A stretch of 64,000 nt of DNA from a virus, in the IMG/VR virus record IMGVR_UViG_3300046463_000164. One strand, 5' to 3'. The notes beneath the pieces are model-generated. The model was not told the DNA's origin, ran no database searches, and was given only the letters and a program-made list of their open reading frames with translations. Within the stretch, counting starts at the first letter, position 1, and every line of letters begins with the position of its first letter. A program made the translations under genes and the position numbers. Shown here piece after piece: positions 1 through 7,235 of this stretch.

Positions 1-123
1 AAAATCGTGAAGACCCGAACGGTTCCCTAGACCCATCCAAACGTTCTTACCGTCGATAACGATTCTATCGCCTTCGTTTTTCGCGTAATCGATAATAACC
101 CGCTTAAGTTGAGCCGCTTTCAT
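1..123 (-). CDS. hypothetical early protein, runs off window start (MKAAQLKRVIIDYAKNEG...)
   Basis: ATG at 123 preceded by GGAG RBS and promoter module; open to position 1. Confidence 0.7.
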   Translation of the reverse strand, partial: MKAAQLKRVIIDYAKNEGDRIVIDGKNVWMGLGNRSGLHDF

Positions 124-202
124 TTTTGTTCTCCGCTTCGTTTCGATAAAGGAATTATACCGGAAACCTAGGAAAAACAAAATTGGAATTTTCTATCAAC
201 TC

Positions 203-361
203 TCAAGCCGCGATAGAGGTAATCTTATCGTGCGGCCTAACGCGAACCGTCGCGGTTTCCCGAAAGACTCGCGCGGCGTCCGACTCGTTTAGAGAACGGA
301 CTAGCCCCGCGTAACGCCCGTTCAAGAATACTCGATAACTTTTATAAATTTGATGTATCAT
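203..361 (-). CDS. 52-aa hypothetical early protein (MIHQIYKSYRVFLNGRYAG...)
   Basis: manual translation; GGAG RBS; resembles 623-766 product. Confidence 0.65.
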   Translation of the reverse strand: MIHQIYKSYRVFLNGRYAGLVRSLNESDAARVFRETATVRVRPHDKITSIAA

Positions 362-518
362 TTTAATAGTTCTCCCTCTCAGAACAAAACCATATTCTAT
401 TAGGAGAAACCCGGCTAATTACATTTTACTATCGCATTTCAGAACCCATAGAAAATGTCTATCAGACGAGTAAAATAAAAGCCCGCGTAAGCGGGCTTTC
501 GCTTCGGGTTAATCCCGA

Positions 519-620
519 TTACCGGAAACGGAAAATGAAGGTATGAATCGCCTGATCGAGTAGGGATAGAAGCGCCCCCACAAAAAGCGTACCCGCGACC
601 CCTAGAACGATAGCTTCCAT
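519..620 (-). CDS. 33-aa membrane peptide (MEAIVLGVAGTLFVGALLSLLDQAIHTFIFRFR)
   Basis: manual translation; hydrophobic; directly downstream of 623-766. Confidence 0.55.
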   Translation of the reverse strand: MEAIVLGVAGTLFVGALLSLLDQAIHTFIFRFR

Positions 621-622
621 CT

Positions 623-766
623 TTAATCCTTTCGCGCCGTAAGGTTATCGAACTTCGTTACCGTCTTACTATTACACCACAAAAACGCGCTAATCGCTTC
701 CCGCTCGCTAGTCGCGCCAATTTTACCCTTAAAAACCCCGTCTACAAAAATCGAAAACCGCTTCAT
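623..766 (-). CDS. 47-aa hypothetical early protein (MKRFSIFVDGVFKG...)
   Basis: internal ATG of ORF track 623..811 with GGAG RBS. Confidence 0.65.
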   Translation of the reverse strand: MKRFSIFVDGVFKGKIGATSEREAISAFLWCNSKTVTKFDNLTARKD

Positions 767-927
767 TTCCGTCCGTCTCCGGTAAGACTTACTATAAAAG
801 GTTAGGTGCAACGGAAATAATTATAGTACGTTACCGAACGAAGAAGATCATACCCCTCCATTTCAGTCGGGAAAGTAATTGTTACCGACTACCGGACGTT
901 AAAAAGCCCGCTTTCGCGGGCTTTTCT

Positions 928-1239
928 TTATCTACTACCGCTAATATAAGGGAAAACGATAAAATATTTACTAACGGGATATTCCGCGTATCGTTTAACC
1001 GCGCTAGTAAGCGCTCCGCGAGTCGTAATACAACCCGTACTTTCCGCGCCAAAATTCGCCGGTCCCCCGAAAAATCTTACAGCGACCTCCGAAATTTTGT
1101 CCGGGTCTTCCGTAAAGAAAATTAGGGTAATCCCTTTCTCGCCGTTCTTTAGCGCTTCGGTTTCCGCTTCGCGTATCGCCTTAACTAACGCGGTCTTACC
1201 GTTCGGGGTTAATTCGTTTCCGTACTTATTCGTAATCAT
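928..1239 (-). CDS. hypothetical early protein, 103 aa (MITNKYG...)
   Basis: ATG at 1239 after GGAG RBS and TATAAT; terminator downstream. Confidence 0.75.
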   Translation of the reverse strand: MITNKYGNELTPNGKTALVKAIREAETEALKNGEKGITLIFFTEDPDKISEVAVRFFGGPANFGAESTGCITTRGALTSAVKRYAEYPVSKYFIVFPYISGSR

Positions 1240-1382
1240 TTTCCAACTCCGCGTTAATTCGATAAAGGAATTATACGCGAAACCGCGATAAAACAAAATA
1301 GTATTTTTCTATCAGAATTGAAGTTTCAATAGATTTTAACTATCGACAAGATAAAATAAAAGCCCGCTTTCGCGGGCTTCGT

Positions 1383-1571
1383 CTAGCGGGGTTTAGCCTT
1401 TCGCCCGCGTCTTTTCGGTCGTCCTATCCCGTTTTCGTCGCTAAACCGCGATACGAGAATAAGCGCCGCTAAATCGGGTTTCTCCGTAACGTAATCCGCG
1501 AACGAAAGCCGATTTCTAGCGTCTAGCCGATATTTCCGATAGGCTAGAAAAATTTCCGTACTAGTTTGCAT
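1383..1571 (-). CDS. hypothetical basic protein, 62 aa (MQTSTEIF...)
   Basis: ORF track; coupled to upstream small ORF. Confidence 0.65.
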   Translation of the reverse strand: MQTSTEIFLAYRKYRLDARNRLSFADYVTEKPDLAALILVSRFSDENGIGRPKRRGRKAKPR

Positions 1572-1660
1572 TATTCCTTCCAATTTTTAATATATCGGAA
1601 AGCGTCGAGCGCCGCGAAGCCTTCCGCGCGAAGCCAACGATAGTATTCTAGGCGTTTCAT
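1571..1660 (-). CDS. 29-aa peptide (MKRLEYYRWLRAEGFAALDAFRYIKNWKE)
   Basis: manual translation; GGAG RBS; TAATG overlap with next gene. Confidence 0.55.
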   Translation of the reverse strand: MKRLEYYRWLRAEGFAALDAFRYIKNWKE

Positions 1661-2023
1661 TTTCAACTCCGTTTAACTAGACTCTAGTATAACGGGTTTC
1701 TTTCCAAAAAGGGGCATACCCTTATAAACCGTATGGATATGTTCGTCTAGTCCGATAGCGCCGCCGATAGGCGAAACCCGCGTTAAGCGGGCTAGATGAG
1801 CCGCTACGGGCTTCGCTACGCGTTCCCTAGGGCTAGTAGCTCTCCCCATAACAGCCCGTTATAGGCTCATCTAGACATTTACCTATCGGCTTATAATTCT
1901 TGATAGGTAAAAGCTATTGGCTCGTGGTCTGGCGGATTAGACGACCCGCGTTTGCGACCGTTAGAGCTATTATACTTGAAATTGTAAAAAAGTAAAGCCC
2001 CGAAAGGGGCTTTTTCTAACTCC

Positions 2024-2113
2024 TTAGTAGCTAACCGGATAATAGACGAGAAAACCGATCGTAGCGAAACAAGCGATAGCGAAAGCTAATAGAACTTTCG
2101 AGCCGATAGTCAT
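2024..2113 (-). CDS. 29-aa membrane peptide (MTIGSKVLLAFAIACFATIGFLVYYPVSY)
   Basis: manual translation; single hydrophobic segment; terminator follows. Confidence 0.55.
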   Translation of the reverse strand: MTIGSKVLLAFAIACFATIGFLVYYPVSY

Positions 2114-2305
2114 TTTTTCCCGCTTCGGGAAAACCGGGTTAAACGAGCGATAATTTTCCACTTTTTCTACTCCGCGTTAATTCGATAAAGGAATTATACC
2201 CGAAAACGCGAATCTACAAAATTGTAAATTTCTATTGAAATTGTAAACCGATAGAAATTGTCTATCAAGTAGACGATAAAAAACCCGCTTACGCGGGCTT
2301 TCGGG

Positions 2306-2608
2306 TTAGCCTTCTTCGCTATCGGGTTCCCCGTAAGCGGGGAATTCTACTCCGTAGCGACTCTTAAGAATCTCCCGTATCTCGTCTAGCGCCTTTAGCG
2401 TCGCGTTAAACGCGTTCGTAGCCGCTTCTCCGTTCGCTTTAAACTCCGACGATACCGCCGAATTAAAACGGATAATACCGTTAGAGCGGTTAAAATCGAT
2501 TTCCGCGTAAACGTTTAGCGCGTTAACTAGAGTCTTAGCGAGCGCCGAAAGGTTAAGCGCCGCGCGTTCGTTATCGTTCTTAATAATCGCCGTATCCGCT
2601 GCATTCAT
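2306..2608 (-). CDS. hypothetical early protein, 100 aa
   Basis: ORF track; RBS, promoter module and terminator. Confidence 0.8.
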   Translation of the reverse strand: MNAADTAIIKNDNERAALNLSALAKTLVNALNVYAEIDFNRSNGIIRFNSAVSSEFKANGEAATNAFNATLKALDEIREILKSRYGVEFPAYGEPDSEEG

Positions 2609-2750
2609 TTTTCTACTCCGGGTTAATTTCGATATAAGGATTCTAACGGATAACGCGGGAATTCCAAAATTGTAAATTTCTATCGGTTTACAATTTCAAT
2701 AGAAATTGCCTATCAAGAGGGTAAAATAAAAGCCCCTTTCGGGGCTTCGC

Positions 2751-2951
2751 TTATTCCGCTTCGTAAGCCTTAAACGCCGTATCTACTACCCGCGTTATTT
2801 CTTCCCGTCCGAACGCTTCGAAAAGAGCCCGCGTAATCCCGGTTTCCTCTAGTAGCGAGTTTAAAAGGTTTAGCCTATCGTCTATAGAAAGGTCTTTAAT
2901 ACTAATCTCTACCTTAACCGCGCGGATAATCGAGCTATAACGGACTTCCAT
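2751..2951 (-). CDS. hypothetical early protein, 66 aa
   Basis: ORF track; coupled to upstream ORF. Confidence 0.7.
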   Translation of the reverse strand: MEVRYSSIIRAVKVEISIKDLSIDDRLNLLNSLLEETGITRALFEAFGREEITRVVDTAFKAYEAE

Positions 2952-3055
2952 TATTTTTCCCCTTTAAGGAATTTTCGGATTTTAACGCTACGCGAACCGG
3001 ACCCCGCGAGCGAGAGTAAAGCGAAAAGAACGGCGAATAAAATTAGGGCTTTCAA
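2951..3055 (-). CDS. 34-aa membrane peptide (TTG start, MKALILFAVLFALLSLAG...)
   Basis: TTG after GGAG RBS; hydrophobic N-terminus. Confidence 0.55.
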   Translation of the reverse strand: MKALILFAVLFALLSLAGSGSRSVKIRKFLKGEK

Positions 3056-3211
3056 TTTCTCACTCCGGTTTAGATTCGATATAAGGATTATAGACGAAGC
3101 CCGCGAAATTCCAAAATTGTAAATTTCTATCAATAATTATTTCCAATAGAAATTGACTATCGCACAGACGTAAAAAAGCCCGCGTTAAGCGGGCTTCGTC
3201 TATCGGGCTTA

Positions 3212-3682
3212 TTAGCCCCGCGATTCGAGATAATCTAACGCGATAATACGCGCGGTTTCCTCTTTAGGCGCGGTTTTAAGTTTCGCTACCGTTACGGAAC
3301 CGGCCGCGAAAAGCGCCGTAACCTTAATAACGTATTCCCCGTCTTTCGGTTCGGACGAAACGAGATAATTAGCGCCTAATAGGAAAGAAAACGATTCTTT
3401 ACGGGGTTCCGGTTTCTTTACTTCGGGGATTTTAGCCGCCTTTAGGTACGCTTCGATATCTTCCCGCGAGTCGTCCGAAAATTCCGCGTTATAGCTTTTA
3501 AGCCATTTCGTAATATCTTCGCTATCGTTACTTCCCGCGTCGTCGATTAATTCGCCGTTCGCGTCTTTAAAATCGATATTAAAGCGGAAATAACCGTTAT
3601 AGATAACCGCGATAACGTTATCCGAAATTTTACCCGTAAGCGTAATTTTTTCCGGGTTAAAAACAAATTTCACCGCTTTCAT
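3212..3682 (-). CDS. hypothetical early protein, 156 aa
   Basis: ORF track; RBS, promoter module, terminator. Confidence 0.8.
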   Translation of the reverse strand: MKAVKFVFNPEKITLTGKISDNVIAVIYNGYFRFNIDFKDANGELIDDAGSNDSEDITKWLKSYNAEFSDDSREDIEAYLKAAKIPEVKKPEPRKESFSFLLGANYLVSSEPKDGEYVIKVTALFAAGSVTVAKLKTAPKEETARIIALDYLESRG

Positions 3683-3842
3683 TTTCGCTACTCCGTTTAG
3701 ATTCGATATAAGGATTCTAACCTAATCCCTATAGATTCCAAAATTGTAATTTTCTATCGTCTTACAATTTCAATAGCAATTGCCTATCATATAGACGAAG
3801 AAAAACCCGCTTTCGCGGGTTCGTTTCTAAGGTAACTTCCCG

Positions 3843-4178
3843 TTACCGGTAATCGTCCCGGTTCGCTTTACGCTTAATCTCGCCTAGGAATAGTTTAACG
3901 GCAACGCTTTCCGTATCGATTTTAAGCCCGAACGCTTCGAACGCTCTAACGACTTCGGGGAATTCCCGAAAATATAACGGCGCGATAAGGTCGATACTAT
4001 CGTCGTCGTTTTCGGGGAAAATCGAAACGATATAAGCGCGCCTACCGTCGCGGGGCCGTTTCGTTGCGTCGTGAATACAATAATAGAATCCGCGTTCCGG
4101 GATAGAATAGCTTACGAGAGTAGGCGTAAAATCGTAGACTTCGCCTTTCGGGTCGAATTCGAATTTTAGCGTCTGCAT
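3843..4178 (-). CDS. hypothetical early protein, 111 aa
   Basis: ORF track; RBS, promoter module, terminator. Confidence 0.8.
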   Translation of the reverse strand: MQTLKFEFDPKGEVYDFTPTLVSYSIPERGFYYCIHDATKRPRDGRRAYIVSIFPENDDDSIDLIAPLYFREFPEVVRAFEAFGLKIDTESVAVKLFLGEIKRKANRDDYR

Positions 4179-4347
4179 TTATTAACTCCGTTTAGTTTCG
4201 ATATAAGGATTATAGACGAAGCCCGCGAAATTCCAAAATTGTAAATTTCTATCAACCCCTGAAATCAATTAACAGAGCCTATCGGATAAAGCGAACGGAC
4301 GTAAAAAAGCCCGCGTAAGCGGGCTTCTCTTTTAAAATCGGGGCTTC

Positions 4348-4854
4348 TTAATATCCCCCGCGAATCTCGATTTTAGCGGGGTTCGCGGGATTACGATAAA
4401 TCTCGTAATAAAGCGCGTCGCTAGTTCCCGCTTCTAAGCCTAAATCGTCGTCCTCCGTAATCTCGTAAAGAACGCGGATTTCTAGGCCCGCTACTTTAAC
4501 GCCGTCGATTACGAACGTTTTACGGAAAATATCGGTAATATCGTATTTCGAAAGCGAGCCGCCGATTTCGGCTTTTACGAGTTTAGTAACCGTTTCCGCT
4601 TCTTTAGCCGCGTTACGGGAAAGCTCCGTATAATAACGGTCCGAATTAGCGAAACCGATATTTTCGCGCCGTTTCTCGTTAAGGCGCTCCGCTTTACGTT
4701 CTTCGGCGCGTTCCGCTTTTTCTTTCGGCGTAAGACGGCGCGAACGGTTCGCGCTACGTTCTTCGGCTTCGCGCGCTTCTACGGCTTCGCTAGGCGAAAG
4801 CGAACGGCAAAGCACGCCATTAGGCAAACGACGAAAAACGAAAGCAGCATTCAT
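4348..4854 (-). CDS. hypothetical early protein, 168 aa (MNAAFVF...)
   Basis: ATG at 4854 after GGAG RBS; charged helical middle. Confidence 0.8.
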   Translation of the reverse strand: MNAAFVFRRLPNGVLCRSLSPSEAVEAREAEERSANRSRRLTPKEKAERAEERKAERLNEKRRENIGFANSDRYYTELSRNAAKEAETVTKLVKAEIGGSLSKYDITDIFRKTFVIDGVKVAGLEIRVLYEITEDDDLGLEAGTSDALYYEIYRNPANPAKIEIRGGY

Positions 4855-5197
4855 TTCAATCTCCAGCGAATTAGTTACGGTAAGGAAAGTATAACCGAAT
4901 CCGCGAGAATCCAAAATTGTAAATTTCTATCGGTTATACAATTTCAATAGGAATTGGCTATTTCATCGCTAGGGCGTCTAAACGGGCTTCTAACGGGTTC
5001 GCGCGGTTTAGGCTACCTATTCCCTTAACGATAGTCCGGAACCCCTCTAGCGGGCTTTAAAACGCGTCTAAACCGCTTTACGCCGTCTAGCCTAGGTCTA
5101 GCCCGCGTCGAACCGATAGGAATTGTCTATTAGAAATTGTAGACGATAGATTTTGACTATCAAGTAGGCGAAAGAAAAGCCCCTTTCGGGGCTTCGC

Positions 5198-5689
5198 TTA
5201 AACCGGTTTAAAACGGTATTTTTCGACTAGGGCGTTAAACTCGCTTTCGCTTTCGATTCGGTTTAGGTCGGATAGGAAAGGGTAATAATCGAACGCGATA
5301 GAGTAACCGGGTTTTACTTCGTCCGTTCTTTCGAAAACCTTTAGCGAGTAACCCGCGTCGAGTTCTAGACTAAAGTAATCTTCGGTAAAATCCGCGATAA
5401 AGCGGATATCGAAACCGGGAATACTTTTAACGCCTAGGCGTTTATCGCCGTTTCCGTTAATCGGGGTAGTTTCTAGCTCGTTTTCCGTAATAATAACGTA
5501 ATAATCGCCTTCGAAATTTTCCGAAAACGCCTTTTCGAATTCCGCGAAAGTCTTAACCCCGTTAAAATCTAGATTATTACGCGGGTTAGCGATAGCGTTA
5601 TTAATCGCGTCTAGCTCGGTTTCGCCCGATCCTAGCGCGTCCCCCGCGATATCGTTTAAACCGGCCGAAAAGTAACGAATCGTTTTCAA
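5198..5689 (-). CDS. hypothetical acidic early protein, 163 aa (TTG start)
   Basis: AGGAG RBS; terminator downstream. Confidence 0.8.
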   Translation of the reverse strand: MKTIRYFSAGLNDIAGDALGSGETELDAINNAIANPRNNLDFNGVKTFAEFEKAFSENFEGDYYVIITENELETTPINGNGDKRLGVKSIPGFDIRFIADFTEDYFSLELDAGYSLKVFERTDEVKPGYSIAFDYYPFLSDLNRIESESEFNALVEKYRFKPV

Positions 5690-5699
5690 AATTCTCTCC

Positions 5700-5813
5700 T
5701 TAGAACGAGAAACGGGAAGCGAGCGTAAGCCCGATAGTTTCCGCGAAAATAAGAACCGCGAGGAACTTAACCGCGAGCGAGTCGCGCGTAAGGTAATACT
5801 TAATCGATTCCAA
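5700..5813 (-). CDS. 37-aa membrane peptide (TTG start, MESIKYYLTRDSLAVKFLAVLIF...)
   Basis: manual translation; same AGGAGAGAATT-TTG leader as next gene. Confidence 0.6.
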   Translation of the reverse strand: MESIKYYLTRDSLAVKFLAVLIFAETIGLTLASRFSF

Positions 5814-5971
5814 AATTCTCTCCTTAAGGACTAGACTCTAGTATAGACGAAAACCCGAGAATTCCAAAATTGTAATTTTCTATCAATTTTGAAGTTCCAA
5901 TAGGAAAATACAATCTTGAAAACGCGTCGGTTTCCCTTATACTAGCCTTACCTTAACGAACTAACCCGGAG

Positions 5972-6166
5972 TTGAAAATGCGCGTAAACCTGATCGATGA
6001 TTTCGGTAACGAAATTCGCCCGGTTCTAGACCTTAACGCGGCTACGGTTTTCCGCTTTATCCGCTTCGCGTTAGACGGCGCGATAGAAGGGATAGCGAGC
6101 GGGGTTATTAAGGGCGGGGACGCGGACGAATCGAGTCTAAAGTATTTCGGGCTAGTCGCCGTATAA
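5972..6166 (+). CDS. hypothetical protein, the only rightward gene of the early array
   Basis: TTGAAA-17-TATACT promoter at about 5916-5943, GGAG RBS, terminator 6187-6209. Confidence 0.7.
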   Translation: MKMRVNLIDDFGNEIRPVLDLNAATVFRFIRFALDGAIEGIASGVIKGGDADESSLKYFGLVAV

Positions 6167-6281
6167 AGAAAGCCCGTTTAAAGAGAAGCCCGCGAAAGCG
6201 GGCTTTTTTACGTCCGTCGAAAACGGAATAGGAAAAGAAAAAGCCCCTTTCGGGGCTTCGGGTCTATAACGCGCGGGGTTT

Positions 6282-6626
6282 TTACTTATCCGCCTTAACT
6301 TCGAACCGTTCGCCGGTTTCGCTATTCGCTTCGAGCTTTTCGGCTTCGTCCTTCGCTTCCCGATACGAAAGAAGCGAAATAACCTTTTCGCCCGTCGCGT
6401 AGTTAATAACCGAATAAGTCGATTCTTCCGGACGCTCCGCGAAAACCGCGTTAAGGTTCTTTACTTCGCGAGCGATAGCGAGTAGCTCGTTAAACTCGTA
6501 ATAGCCCGTCATTTTTACCGCGTAGCCTTCGTTATCCCGGACTAGCTCGGTATCGCCCGAAAGCGTACCGTCGAACGAAAGGTTAGGGCGGGCGTTAAGG
6601 ATATCTTGAACCGTGAAAGTTGCCAT
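6282..6626 (-). CDS. hypothetical early protein, 114 aa
   Basis: ORF track; RBS, promoter module, terminator. Confidence 0.8.
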   Translation of the reverse strand: MATFTVQDILNARPNLSFDGTLSGDTELVRDNEGYAVKMTGYYEFNELLAIAREVKNLNAVFAERPEESTYSVINYATGEKVISLLSYREAKDEAEKLEANSETGERFEVKADK

Positions 6627-6976
6627 TTTTCTCTACTCCGTTTGCGTTTCGTTAAAGTAAGGCTAGTTTACCCGATAAGCGCCAATTTCCCCTAGGAATA
6701 TCCGATTGTAATTTTCTATCAACTCTGAATATCAATAGAGAATTGCTATTTCAGCGCTAACCTAGCTAGATGAGCCGCTATGAGGTTTCGTCGCGTTCCG
6801 ATAGTCGCCTATAGCCTAGAGCCTAAAAGCCCGCTAGGGAACGTATAGGAAAGCCGGTTCTCTCCTATAGCGTAATCGCCCTATAGCCTAGAAAGCCCCG
6901 ATTCTCTCCCGTCTAGCTCCGTGCCGGTGGCCCGCGCGTATAGAGCCTATCTCCCTAGAGAAGTAAAGAACAATTA

Positions 6977-7235
6977 GCCTAGTAGTATTGGTACCTGGAT
7001 AAGCTCCCCCTTATACTACGTCTTGAAGGGAAAGTCTAGTCCAATATCACCCCCAACTCCAAGCGAGTCCGGAACGCCTTACCGGAGCTACGCTACCTAT
7101 AAGGGAAAACTATCGAAAAATGCGTGTGATAGTCCGTTGTAGCCTAGTAGTATTGGTACCTGGCTAAACCTAGGATAGACTAAAATTATCAAAATATGTG
7201 TGTGATAGTCGGTTGTAGCCTAGTAGTATTGGTAC
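6977..7235 (+). repeat. three direct copies of GCCTAGTAGTATTGGTAC
   Basis: starts at 6977, 7142, 7218; the last two share a longer upstream context (GTGTGATAGTC.GTTGTA). Confidence 0.9.

Larger units (their letters stand above)
182..6749 (-). repeat. about 12 copies of an intergenic cassette: GC-hairpin terminator, ATAG-N7-CTAT, 15-16 bp spacer, ATAG-N7-CAAT, -35 TTG(G/T)A, -10 TA(T/G)AAT, GGAG RBS
   Basis: copies with box pairs starting at 182, 1298, 2221, 2669, 3116, 3743, 4238, 4916, 5116, 5869, 6705 plus weaker ones near 420 and 1880; terminators e.g. AGCCCGC..GCGGGCT and AGCCCCTTTCGGGGCT. Confidence 0.9.

Noticed and set aside
1-6630. Classical palindromic restriction-site avoidance or CpG-deamination bias as the explanation of the composition
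   Set aside because: Six-base palindromes such as GAATTC, GATATC and TCTAGA are retained, and CpG decay would enrich rather than deplete TG/CA.
1-6630. Alternative genetic code or contaminating foreign contig
   Set aside because: ORFs read cleanly in the standard code with RBSs, and the TTTACT..TATAAT promoter near 1970-1996 matches those in the rest of the window. Assembly continuity should still be confirmed with reads.
182-6749. CRISPR-like array suggested by regularly recurring repeats
   Set aside because: Repeats are degenerate promoter/terminator cassettes separated by whole genes of variable length; no cas genes are present.
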